A stretch of DNA of 64,000 bases from Tubulanus polymorphus (lineage: Eukaryota > Animalia > Nemertea). Within the stretch, counting starts at the first letter, position 1; each line of letters begins with the position of its first letter. Below are positions 20,045 to 33,134 of this stretch, in pieces. The stretch lies in the NCBI RefSeq assembly GCF_964204645.1, contig NC_134030.1, positions 727,355-791,354 on the forward strand, in the 5' to 3' direction. The position numbers were made by a program, and so were the translations under genes. The notes under the pieces are model-generated. The model had not been told where the DNA came from, searched no databases, and saw only the letters and a program-made list of their open reading frames with translations.

Positions 20045-20182
20045 GGACCGGTTCCTCAGTTGAGACTTAAGTCCAAAAATTGTCTTAAATCTTAAGACTG
20101 GTCTTAAGTTGTTACATTGGTTATAGAACTAAGATGGTCTAAAATTGGTCTTAAGTCTAAGCCATGACTATGGAACTGGGCT
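20045..20182. mobile_element. Harbinger-like MITE (CAG TSD) whose TIR matches the core of the local satellites
   Basis: cag-ggaccggttcctcagt...actatggaactgggct-cag; related internal sequence at about 28840-29120. Confidence 0.6.
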
Positions 20183-20357
20183 CAGGAAACCATTCTCACA
20201 TGTTTTAATATTCCCAATAGATGGTGTGAAATGTAACGGGAATATATCGAAATAAGTTATCGATGCCGTAAGTCTACTCCATTCACAGGGTCTTTCATTT
20301 TACTTATCACAGGATAACAGTAAAACTAACTAGAATATACATATAAGAATGACTTAC

Positions 20358-21338
20358 CTTCTGAGAGACAATGATATATAATCTATTCTTATTCGTCCTA
20401 TTTATAATATTTTGTAAATCCTACTACTTTATATTGTAATTTAATGCGTAAATAAAATAATATAATATAATCTGCTTACCGTGTGACGTGTAAGGTTCTG
20501 AGATATTGCATTTAGTAATGACTGTTACATTTTACATCAAGGTACGATTGTTGAATTGTAAAATAGCTTTTGACCTTTGGTCTGAAAAACTGCTTTCCCT
20601 ATTTTGTCGAAACGCCAATCTATTTGCTCAAGGAAACATTTTGGACATTTACTCTTAAGTGTTGGATTTAGTATTCGAGTATTGAAGAAATCTAAACTTA
20701 CCCGATTCTAACGTACTGTTTATCACCAGATTTCCAATTTCATATCGATGATATAACGCACCGCCGTGAATAACCATCGAATTAGTGTTCACACTGTTTT
20801 TATCGAAGTTCAATGAGTTTAATGCTTTCTCGTTACAGTTACCGTCCACGCAAATCATCACGTTTAAATATTGTTCAGATTTATTTATCCTTAATTCGAA
20901 AAATGTTGGTGAGTTGAGGGTTAATCGTTCAGAACTGCAACATATTTGGGAGACTTCGGATAACTTTATCGTGTCCAAATAGCACAGCGATATATTTTTG
21001 CCAGCGCCACGCATACAGATACTCCCAGTAGGAAATTCGATAAATGTTTGCTGTCCCGGCCAACGGCGACTGAACAGTTTACAGGAAAAATAGAAATTAA
21101 ACCAATTGAAATATACTGTCGGTTCAAAAGTCAGTTTATCTCTTTTTTTCAATCTCACGAATGAATTTTGTTTTGGCTGTGAACTGGAACTGCTTTTGCC
21201 GCTCCAGGTCCAAACGCCAGAATCAGTTTGTAAATATGTAGCATTAGAATCGGCTTCGCAATTTATAAATATTGTCATCAAAATCATCAGATACGCGACA
21301 CATCGCGCGGGAGGCTTCCGTTTAGTGTCCGCGGTCAT
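20358..21338 (-). CDS. Orphan signal-peptide-bearing beta-rich protein, copy 1 (main exon 20702-21338; candidate microexons 20480-20497 and 20358-20360; 3' end not found)
   Basis: MTADTKRKPPARCVAYLMILMTIFINCEA signal-like N-terminus; long ORF conserved with the paralog at 26.6-27.3 kb; GTAAGT donor after TLES. Confidence 0.55.
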
Positions 21339-22174
21339 TTTTAGTTCGTGCCCGTTTCCCGTTCCGTGTGCGCTGTGTGTACCGTCTCGGTGTGCGCTGT
21401 GTGTACGGTCACGGTGTGCGCCGTGTTTACCGTCTCCTGGGTGGAACGTGGTTTCAACAACCGTTCCCACGGTCTCTGTGGACCCTGGAACCTCTCACTG
21501 TCAGTCTCGCTCTATTCTAAAGTAATTCACGCGGAGCTCAAAACTCAGGATGTTGTTGCCTGTACTTGTTATCTGTTTTCTGACAATATTCTTCCCTAAA
21601 CACAAGAATTGATTGAAGTCGATGGATTTTGAATTAGTTGGGTTTGAATTTGAATGATTTTTTTAGATTTGATACCTATTGAATTTTCACTCAACGGTTT
21701 TCAAGAAATACTTCAAATGTAGCCGTGGGCATTGTTAAAAAAACCTATACTCTCTACTCTCGCACTCTCTCTCCCTCTCTCCTCTCGTTCTTGCTCTTCT
21801 CCTCTTTCCTCGGCCCTCCTCTCGTCTCTCTTCTCTCCGCTCGTTCTCCCTCTTCTCCTCTCTCCTCTCTCCTCGGCCCTCCTCTCTTTTCTCTTCGATA
21901 GGGAACCGATACAAAAACCGATGGCACAAGTATTGAAGACTTATTTCCTCACCGTAACTCCACTAAAACCAATAGATCACGTGATAGCCTGGAACTCAAT
22001 TTCTCTAGAACCCGTGTCGGGATCCACTTTCTCACAAAGCACGTGACCCGGCCGCCGAATCCTGGTTCAGATATGTGATAGCTTTTAAACGGTTTTATTT
22101 CAATAAATATTTATCCTCGCATCCTCATCATGGCCAAAAACTATTCTATATATAGGTTAAGTATTTATTTGACA

Positions 22175-22215
22175 CACAAGCTTTCGCTACTTATGTATCG
22201 AAGCTTCATCAGGTG
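22175..22215 (-). ncRNA. Solitary minimal hammerhead-like motif
   Basis: CAC-CUGAUGA-A-GCU..AGC-GAAA-GC-UU-GUG with palindromic AAGCUU. Confidence 0.45.
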
Positions 22216-23868
22216 AATCGGGGCTAGGAAGCTTCTGTTCATAGCGAAAGATACAATGTCTCATTAATGATGATAGAATTCGATGTCCACCAAAATATTT
22301 CAGAAATAAAGATATAAACGATGCATAATGAAATTGTAGCAATTAGTTCTATTCATTTTTTTAATCATATTATATGAAAAATAATATGATTTAGCAGCCA
22401 GCAGGGTTTGTGTTGGCGTGAGCTCCGGCGGGAGGAAATCAAACCCTGGCAAGCGAGGATAGCCTACTCTATTCACCACGAAGGTACAGAGCCGCAACTT
22501 TCAGCGACCTTGACACCAAACACGTGAACTATCTAGGTGCGCGAATGTTGTTATGACGTCATAATACTCTAAATAAACAACACCGCGCGGTCTCGCGATA
22601 CGCGCGTGGAAGGATCTAAAATCTATTCTGCGAAGTATTTTAAATAATATTTATAAAAGAATCCATTTAAATACTATAATTAACATATAAAACATAAAAT
22701 TAATTGAAAGCAACATCGCTGGAAGATTAGTTTTAAAACTTTGATTGGTGTCAATCATCAATTACCGCTAGTCAAAATGGCGGCCGTCATGATAAACAAG
22801 ACGGAGAATTTTCTTTAACTGACTGGATCTGGTATAAAATGTAGTATTTCACATCACAAATGGCCCATGTCCGTTTAAAAGAATAACTGTACCGCACTCA
22901 AGGCACCAAGGTTGGAATATGGCTATGGATCATGATAAAATAGTGCGCTACGACCGATAAAATATCAGCTGTCGGTACTCGGTCATGCCATGGTACGTCA
23001 GCAGGCCTACTACTACTCTTCTGTCGCATCGAATCGGAACCTGATTCCCGAAGCAGCCAAGGTCCTAACGAGAAGAATAAACGAAACAAATGTAAGTGTC
23101 CTGCGCTCAATTCTACGGTGTCTAATTATCTTCAAGTGTCTACTCCATCCACACTTTAATGTAGTCTACAAAAACATGGACAAGCGATACTTTAGATTAG
23201 GTTCTCATCAAACAATCTACTGGGGGTTGAGTGTACGTGTAGGTAGTGTACTCACTGCTACTTATCTTATTTTTAGGAAACATTTTTGACAGACCACCGA
23301 TCTACTAGTGAATGATTTTTCCATGGACCCGAAAAGTAGGCCTAGGCCTCTTAGAGTCGTAAGAAGGTAGGCTATTCATGTCATTTATTTACATAACTAT
23401 GAAGTCTTTACATAAATTTCCACATGCAATTTTTTTATTTCAAATGCAATGTTTTTTTTTCAGAGAGTTCAGCCTGTTACAGGAACCTGAACAATGCTAA
23501 TTTAGAGGTCAACTTGTGACTAGATAAGCCAGGTTTACAGGATTGGAGATGATAAAAAGTGAGTAGGCCTCACTGACTGAATGGTAAATACATCATCTGT
23601 AGTCATCGCTGCTGTATTGAATCATTTAACTTTCAGCAATCAATTCATTTTTTTGTTTGCTTTTATTCATCTTTAGGTGATGCAGATGTCAAGTACAAGG
23701 ACATGAAGTTGAATCTTTAAACTGGGGATTGTCAAGATTTTACTTGTTTCCATCTTTTCACTTAGATGTTTGAATAAATCTAAACATATAAAAGAGCTTT
23801 TTTTCTTATGCGTATTCCTGAAGTCGTGAATTCCTATTCATTCCTAATATCAGAAGAAAATAAGAGAA

Positions 23869-24124
23869 GCTTCGTCTACACTTGCATCTTATACCGAGGT
23901 TATGCGTCTACACTAAGCTCGAAACACGGGTTGAATGCAAAAAGCCAGGTTTTTGAAAAAGGAGTTATATAACCTATTGATAATTGAACCTATGTTCACG
24001 AAAAACTCTACAGATGTGGATTCAGTTACTGGAGCTAAATTAAGTGTAGATGCAGCCCTGCAAACGCTGGGTTTATAGGAACCCGCATACTTTGAAACCC
24101 GGGTTCAACGAGCTGTAGACGTGG
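23869..24124. mobile_element. MITE-like element with (g)cttcgtctaca / tgtagacgtgg termini
   Basis: Inverted termini with internal repeats of gtctacact/agtgtaga. Confidence 0.4.
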
Positions 24125-26600
24125 TAATATATATCGCAGTCAGAGAAAGAAGCAAATTGAAAGTACATCAATCTTTTATTTCCAACCTAAAACAATGAGA
24201 CAGAAGGTTTGAATGCAACAAGCCATTTGAGCAATTGCGGTTACTAATTTGTAAAATGTATTGATATGATATGGAAGACCAACTGCTGAATTCCATGGGT
24301 ACCATCAGAACCAAATGCACGCTACTTGCCATCTACCTGAAATAAACAAATGTCAATATTATGTTATAAACAAATAAATATGAAAAAAATGCAAATTTCT
24401 GCTTGATACAACTTACATTTGAATGGGAAAAATCGGTTATAAAATATCTGCTATGTCTGACAAATAACTGACGAATCCTATAAAACAAAAAATATATTAT
24501 CTTTAAAATAAAATTAACAATTCAAAGATTTTTGGCAATCTTCCAATACAATATACATAGGTCCCTAGTAGGCCTACGCTAAACACTAACTGAGCCAGAC
24601 AACCTGATATCCTTTCAAACAAAACTGAATTCGACATTAGATGTGAGATGCGTGAAAATGAGCCATAGGCTGCTTTTCCACGAGAAACAGATCAATCAAA
24701 TTTATTTCCCTTTAGCCGTTTCCACAACAAGGGTGCGGCACTGTTGGACAGGACAGACACACATTTTCGAGTCAGTATTAATCAATTGTTTACTGTGACT
24801 GCGCAGTAATTAGTCAGAATTTTAAGGGAAATCCCCTACAAAAATCGCCCAACCACCCGAAGACCTGCACACAAATTTCTGTGTCAGAGCCAAAATTGAG
24901 GTAACGCCTGCGCTTTTACAACTTTCTCGTGGAAAATCCTAGTTTAGGCATATTACGCAACGAATTCAATATTTCCTTATGCCAAATGATTATTCTCATA
25001 ATAGTCCTTCATTTCAGGATTCAATAAGTCTCAGTATGTGTTTTATAGAGTGTGGCACTAGTCCAATTACAATAATTTTCGAATTTGGTCCGCAGTTTAC
25101 GATTAGGCCTAACTTGATGACGCAAATTCTAAGTCAACTCATAATAGGGAGTACACATTCTATATATCAAAATTGACAGGAGAACAAGATCTAATTACGT
25201 ATGTTTTCAGATTTCGAATGAACCCAATTATATTCGAGTAAAAGTCATCAAAATTAATAAGGTAAAAACGCTAGCTCATAAAATTAGTTTTGAAGTAGTA
25301 CGAGAAACTGGGAATATCTCACTTATTTCCAATGCCATATAGACATATAAGGTATCATTCGATTCGTTTTTAGATGGGTTTTAATACTATTGTGTATTTG
25401 GATGACTGAACTGTCTATTCTACCTTAAATTCTTCCAAATCTTTGAGATTTCGGAGGCCCAAAACCGGCAAAATGACAAAATTACTTCCTGGTTTTCAGC
25501 GCCGCCCTGGGAAATTAATATGGCGAAAGTTGAGAAAACTGGAACATAGCTAAACGCTAAAACACGTATATTTTCGTTTTAGATGTGGTTCGGTTCGAAT
25601 CCCTAATACTTAATACCTTAAAACGTGACATTAGTCCGGGTGCCGTTCCGTATTCATTCAACACGCGCGCTCAACCGCGAAGCTATTTTTAGCGCAACAA
25701 TCAATTTAACCAATAGAGACGCGCTACGTCATAACGTTCGACATGGTCGCATTTGCCTTTACTCGTACCGTCGTGTCACAGGGTCTTATCATTCTACTTA
25801 CCACAAGATAAGAGTAAAACTGGACTGAATAACTTACCTTTGTTTGCGACTGTTTGTTACTATATTTTCCTCTCATTTACTTAACATTTTTTTTTAAATT
25901 GAATTATATATTTTCGCGCTGTTATTGATACTGAATTGAACACAACATTTAGATATCTTTTTAATCAGTTTCATTATCAAAACATGTATAAGGTATTTAC
26001 AGCGTTTTTCGCCATTTACCTTAAGAATAGTTATCAATTACTATATAACATATATTTTATCATCTTTAAGCTTCGCCGCTAAGCTATTTTGTCTATTGTG
26101 CTATTTCTCGCTCACATTGTCTAAATTGTAGACCTTGAGTTTATCAAATAAACTGTAAACTGTAAACTGTTTGTTATCAAAATAAAATAGTTTACATTTA
26201 CAAATCAGAAGACAAAATAGGTAAAGTGGGTTTCAGGTTGAAGATCGAAAAAAATGAAAATACAAAAATTGATATTATCAAATATTTCGTAATCAATAAT
26301 TGTGATAATGATGATTTATCTGCACTTTGAATAAGATTAGAAAATTTAAAAATAGAAAATGCAATTATCGGCGAAATACATTGGGCTAACTTTGAGATTA
26401 CAAAAATTGTCGATATAAAAAAAAATATTATCATTTTGTTTATTTAGAAAAAAATCAAAAGTGATAGTAAAATATTGAATCATTTAACTTCTTTAAAATA
26501 TTTTCATTTTTTACCCTTTGGTCAGAAAAACCACTTTCCCTATTGCTCGTCGAAACGCCAAACTAAGTATTTGCGTTCAAGGAAAGTGTTGGATTTAGTA

Positions 26601-27251
26601 CCGATTCTAACGTACTGTTTATCACCAGATTTCCAATTTCATATATATATAATATATTGCGCCTTTAATAACCATCGAATTAGTGTTCACATTGTTTTTG
26701 TTGAATTTCAATGAGTTGAATATGAAAGCTTTCTCGTTACAGTTACCGCCCACGCAAATCATCACGTTTAAATATTGTTCAGATTTATTTATCCTTAATT
26801 CGAAAAATGTTTTTGAATTGAGTGTAACTCGTTCAGAACTGCAAACTATTTGGGAATCTGGAGATAATCGTTTCGTGTCCGAATAGCACAGCGTCGAATC
26901 ATTGAATCTGATGTAAATTCCTCCAGATGGAAATCTGATAAATGTATGTTTGTTTTCCTGGCCACCAATAGAGATCAGTTTGTAATTACAGGAAAAATAG
27001 AAATCAAACCAATTGAATTCTATTGTCGGTTCAAAAGTCAGTTTATCTTTATCCGAATTTTTGAATCTCACGAATGAATTTTGTTTTGGCTGTGAACTGG
27101 AACTGCTTTTGCCGCTCCAGGTCCAAACGCCAGAATCAGTTTGGGAATATGTAGCACTAGAATCGGCTTCGCAATTTATAAATATTGTCATGAAAATCAT
27201 CAGACACGCGACACATCGCGCTGGAGGCTTCCATTTAGTGTCCGCAGTCAT
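26601..27251 (-). pseudogene. Orphan secreted protein, copy 2; frameshifted near the exon end and lacking the GTAAGT donor
   Basis: Clear protein similarity to copy 1; frame shifts in a (TA)n run near 26645 (YEIGNLVINSTLES becomes YMKLEIW*); a deletion removes the donor present in copy 1. Confidence 0.55.
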
Positions 27252-27954
27252 AGATTCGCGTTGTGTGTACATCATCAAATTCACGGACGGAAGGAGGCGG
27301 TCTCCGTGTGCGATGCTGTGTGTACGGTCTCCGTGTGCTCTGCTGTGTGTACGGTCTCCGTGTGCGCTGTTGTGTGCACCATCTGGAACGTGGTTTATAA
27401 ACAGCCGCTCGCACGGTCTCTGTGGAACGAATCGGCACTGCACTGTCAGAAATCACCTGACTAATCACGCGGATGTTGCTCTCCCTCCCGGGCCCCTCCC
27501 ATCTCCCCTCCCTCCCTTTACCTATCCCTCCCCTCGCTGGGGAACCGATTGATAAACCGATATGACAAGAGACAATTCAGTCTCCCCCTGACGGCACCCG
27601 CTAAAACCAAAGCGTGCAGCGGTGGCCAGTGCCGCCGGAACTGAAGAACCGCACCTTTCAATCAGTAGGCTGTTAAAAGGTTTATTTTCAATAATTATAC
27701 GTTATCCTCACATCGACAACATGAAGTATAAACCAAAAAAATTAGTTTCAGCAGTTTAACAAGAATTTTAGAATGAGTCCGCCGGACCTCTGGTCGGTGT
27801 AATCTGTCATAGAATAATTCTATTCGGTAAATAGTTTGTATAGACATGCGAATAGTTAATTAGTTCACACATTTGCCGCTAGTGTAATGTATAGAGGCAG
27901 CACTAGACGGTTTGTATTTATACCCGCGCTTTTCCTACTGTGGCATGTGATGGT

Positions 27955-28375
27955 GAATCGTCCTGGTTCGAACCCGGATTTACTGATTGAGCGCGGTCCT
28001 AATGCTGATACTGAATAGATGATGTACAGGGGTGTACCGGGCTCGAACCCAGTAATTACTGATACTGATTCAGAGTGGTCCTGATGCTGTATAGCGGAGT
28101 GTACTGGGGTGTCTCTGGACGCCGGTTCGAACCCAGTAATTATTGACTGGTGATACCGATTCTGAGTGGCACTGATGCTGAATAGAGGATCTACAGTACA
28201 ACAGGGGCGGGTGTCCCGGGTTCGAGCCCAGTAATTACTGATTCTGATTCAGAGTGGTCCTGATGCTGAAAATATGATGAGTGTCCCGGGTTCGAACCCA
28301 AATTACTGATATTCATTTAGAGTGGCGCTGATGCTGAACAGAGGATGTACAGGGGTGTCCCGGGTTCGAAGCCGA
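27955..28375 (+). repeat. Tandem array (about 5 diverged 70-90-bp units) of tRNA/SINE-head-like sequence
   Basis: ctgattcagagtggtcctgatgctgaa..ggtgtcccgggttcgaaccc repeated. Confidence 0.7.
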
Positions 28376-30399
28376 TATTGACAGCAATTTCGAATTTTGA
28401 TCTGATAAAATTCCTCGATGATTTGAAAACTCTTAAAATCATTCAGCGAATTTGAGAACGAGGAAAGACGAACAAAACGCAAACATACAGAATCGTTGCT
28501 TCTTTTTATTCCTAGAACAATGAATTGAATTTGTGGGTGAATTTTAGCTGGATATTTATTATATCATCAACAGTAACAATTACATGCACCAGAAACACTA
28601 TATATACCATAGTAGAACTAACAGAACTAACAGAGCTGGTCAGAACTAACAGAGCTGGTCAGAGCTAACAGAACTGATAAGTGTCAGCAGCAGACTGGTG
28701 CAAACTGGATACATAATCAATAAGCGGAAATATGTTAAAGTTCACCGGTTGATCCGCTGTAGAACAGACCATTATTCATATATAGAAATATAATGCCATA
28801 GTTCGTTTGCCGTCAATGCTGGAGACTTAATCTACAAGATAATCCTAGTTTCATAGACATGAGTTAGACATTAAGACCAGTCCAAAGACAATCTTAGTTC
28901 TATAACCCATCTAACTTGAACTCAAATCAAACTCGATTTATGTTCTATGCTGTTCTGTCTGCGCCTGGTCTTAAGATTTAAGTCCACTTTTGGATTTAAG
29001 TCAATCTTAACGTATGTACAAAAGTGATCTTGAATCCTAAGACTGGTCTTAATTTGTTACGTAGATTGGCTATAGAATTAAGTTGGTCTGTGTGTCAGTA
29101 GCCTGACTATGGAACCCTGGATGTTCTATGTGCAGTGGTCAGAACACAAAGAAAAACAGTTTGGGTGATTTAAAGATTTGATCTCCACTTTAAACAGAAT
29201 TACAATCTCACATTTCAGTGACCGCCACAAAATGGCGCCTAGAAACTGGAAACTTCTTTATTGACTGAAAATGTCTATCAATATGAAGAAATATTTCGGG
29301 TGGCTACTATACTATACAATGTACCAACCTGCGTCAGTCAAAAATGAAAATTCTAATATTTTTGATCGAGAGCTATGCGTGATGAGCTTTCCAGTGATAT
29401 AAAATTTAAGGGGTATATAATTGAGTTGATAGCATTACAAGCCTTCAGACTGAAAGTAAAGTTTCATATGAAAATGATTACAAACAGTAGTAACCACCCT
29501 TCATCTCTGCCTAAAAAGATTCAATATAAACATTTTAAGTCAATTTTACAATTGTGGGACGTTTTATTACTAAATCATGGATATTTTGGTTTGAAACATA
29601 GAACAGATATACACAGAACATAGCAGCTTCACCGGGCTTTACTACCCCTCCACCCTTCAAAAATACACTACAGCTAATTATAATAATAATCACACTGATC
29701 GCGATTAAATTTACATAATTAACATACAGCAGCGATTAGTTAGATATTTAAGCATTATTATCATTATTATTAATCAATATTATCTCTTATTATTATCATC
29801 TATTATCACATGAGCTATTAAATATGTAACTTTACTGCAAGCGCCACCTACGCGTTTGAAACTAATTATAATTATAGCAATAATTATTACGATATATATT
29901 ATAACATTATGAGATTTTCCTAGCCACGTTTGTGTCTCTAGTTAGATGCGATTAATTGTTGATTATACAGAGACTTGTTATTGATATTGTGGGAGTCAAA
30001 AATAATACAAATACTACAATTCATACAGGCAATATTGGATTTTGATGAAATCCAATATGGCCGCCGACCGTAATATGACACAGGTGTATTGATAGGTAGG
30101 GGGAGGGGAGTGGGGGGAGGGGAGTGGGGGGAGCGAGGGAGGATTCTAGAATTGCAGACAACCGGAGATGAGTTACTCAATATTAACTCATTGATGATAT
30201 AAGGAAACGGTTACCATTAGTTACTACCATAAATACGCTCCATTCAGGAGGGGTTACAAAAACGGGAGGGAGGTAATGAGGGAGGTTTGGAGGTTAATAA
30301 CTTTCCCATCATGAAACAAGAGTTTAAGAAAAGCAAGAACACATTAAACAAATGTAACTACAAATATAGACAATAATTAGATGAGAAATTGACAACGCG

Positions 30400-31155
30400 A
30401 TAGCAGTATCCAGATAGCGGTACCCATCTGGATAGCGGTATCCAGATAGCGGTACCCATCTGGGTAGTGGTATCCAGATAGCGGTACCCATCTGGGTAGT
30501 GGTATCCAGATAGCGGTACCCATCTGGGTAGTGGTATCCAGATAGCTGTACCCGCCTGGATAGCGGTATCCAGATAGCAGTATCCAGATAGCGGTATCCA
30601 TCTGGGTAGTGGTATCAGTACCCATCCGGGTAGCGGTATACCCATCTGGGTAGTGGTATACCCATCCCCGGTAGCGGTATACCCATCCTGGGTAGCGGTA
30701 TCAGTACCCATCCGGGTAGCGGTATACCCATCTGGGTAGTGGTATACCCATCCCCGGTAGCGGTATACCCATCCTGGGTAGTGGTATCAGTACCCATCCC
30801 CGGTAGCGGTATACCCATCCTGGGTAGCGGTATACCCGTCTGGGTAGTGGTATCAGTACCCATCCGGGTAGCGGTATCAGTACCCGTCTGGGTAGCGGTA
30901 TACCCATCCTGGGTAGTGGTATCAGTACCCATCCGGGTAGCGGTATACCCGTCTGGGTAGTGGTATCAGTACCCATCCGGGTAGCGGTATACCCGTCTGG
31001 GTAGTGGTATCAGTACCCGCCTGGGTAGCGGTATACCCGCCTGGGTAGCGGTATACCCGTCTGGGTGGCGGTATACCCGTCTGGGTGGCGGTATACCCGT
31101 CTGGGTAGCGGTATACCCATCTGGGTAGCGGTATACCCGTCTGGGTAGCGGTATC
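30400..31155. repeat. Complex 13-26-bp minisatellite (GGGTAGCGGTATACCC core)
   Basis: Recurrent ctgggtagcggtatacccgt / gtagtggtatcagtacccatc units. Confidence 0.88.
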
Positions 31156-31960
31156 TCGATAGTATGTACAATACATAGTTAACCATGAGGTATTTATATG
31201 TATAGTATTATTATATTAATTATAACTGAATTAAGTTATAATTAATCAATCAATGCCTTTTAGTTTAAACAACCACCATGATGACCTTCGGTCCTGTGCG
31301 ACCCCTGTCTGCTTGAACCCTGTACTGTGTAGCCTGGCACCTCACCTAACTTGGCCTGAACCCGTACAGGAGCTGCACTTTGCTCTGGGGAATCACCTGT
31401 ACTGCGCCCTGGGGTACTGAATGACCCCTGTACTGGGCCTGAGGTACTGAACGACCCCTGTCCTGGGCCCAGATGACACATATCTAATTAATGCCCTATA
31501 ATTGTTACATTTATAACAAAACATTTAGAACACTGAACTCATTGAAAACTGTTTTCAATTATCTTTCACGTTGAGTGGAAACAAAACTCATTCCTCACTC
31601 TGCGTGACCCTCACAGACGCATGAACCTCACTGCATGCAGAGAGGTTCCACAAGAACCTCCTCGAAATAACACCACTATGATTCGGGATTTTGAGAAATA
31701 TTTCAAACCAAGTTTATCCTAAATGAACCCAAAAGACAATCAACTCATGAAACAAATTCACAATTTTACAGAAATTTTACAATTTTACAGATTCTGATTA
31801 ATTCCTCGTTGGGAGAATTTGAAAAATGAAAAAGAAATAAATACCGTGTCTCCTCAAGTTAACAATGTTCGTGAAGTCGTTGAATTTGGATAAAACACTG
31901 AAATATTTACACAATCGTGATTTGTTTTAAAAAGAACACCATGATCTGATTCTACATTAA

Positions 31961-32672
31961 CTGGATCCAGTTTTACAGTTTAGGATCCAGTTCCAAAGTT
32001 CTGGATCCAGTTCCAAAGTTCTGGATCCAATTCCACAGTTCTTAACCCAATTCCACAGTTCTGGATCCAATTCTACAGTTCTGGACTCAGTTCCACAGTT
32101 CTGGACCCAGTTCCACAGTTCTGGATCCAATTCCACAGTTCTGGATCCAATTCTACAGTTCTGGACTCAGTTCCACAGTTCTGGACCCAGTTCCACAGTT
32201 CTGGATCCAATTCCACAGTTCTTAACCCAGTTCCATAGTTCTGGATCCAATTCTACAGTTCTGGACTCAGTTCCACAGTTCTGGATCCAGTTCCACAGTT
32301 CTGGACTCAGTTCCACAGTTCTTAACCCAGTTCCACAGTTCTGGATCCAGTTCCACAGTTCTGGATCCAGTTCCACAGTTCTGGACTCAGTTCCACAGTT
32401 CTTAACCCAGTTCCACAGTTCTGGATCCAGTTCCACAGTTCTGGATCCAGTTCCACAGTTCTGGACTCAGTTCCACAGTTCTGGACTCAGTTCCACAGTT
32501 CTGGATCCAGTTCCACAGTTCTGGACTCAGTTCCACAGTTCTGGACTCAGTTCCACAGTTCTGAACCTAGTTCCACAGTTCTGGATCCAGTTCCACAGTT
32601 CTGGACTCAGTTCCACAGTTCTGGACTCAGTTCCACAGTTCTGGATCCAGTTCCACAGTTCTGGAACCAGTT
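31961..32672. repeat. 20-bp minisatellite, about 35 copies (ttccacagttctggatccag)
   Basis: Strict 20-bp periodicity; related copies at 14320-14530. Confidence 0.92.
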
Positions 32673-33134
32673 GACTTATTATTTACAATACATCTATTTA
32701 CAATACACCAATACATCTATCTACAATTGTTCATTTATTTACAGTTTTAGTCATACAACGCATTCTATAAAATAAAATTTCTGTCAATATGACATAAGTT
32801 TGGTCCACTCTGTATTTGACACTATTTCTATCACTGGGTAGACATCTGGGGTTGGAGGGGGAAACTCTGAGAGAAGGGAAACGAACATTTGGGGAGGAGG
32901 GCTGTCTGGGGGAGAGGCCGTCTTGGGAGAAGGGCAAAGTAGTTACATAATTTGTTCCAAACCCTTGAGTGAGAACACATCAGTGTATTATATTGTATAT
33001 AATGAGTTATCTTACATTAGTGAAAAATATACAAACTAAACATCAGTGAAGTGAAGTGGTGGTTCACTTCCACAGTAGTGTGAATTAACATCTAACCTAT
33101 AACCCGTTTGTTCATTAACGAGCTGTATAATTGA

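Noticed and set aside
21106-21525. Plus-strand ORFs over the orphan paralogs (also 27013-27552)
   Set aside because: Antisense shadows of the longer minus-strand ORF, which has the signal peptide and splice donor
30358-32436. ORFs with repetitive peptides (GIPLPRW, VELDPELWN)
   Set aside because: Translations of minisatellites; likewise the ORFs at 48194-48440, 49540-49911 and 56750-57133
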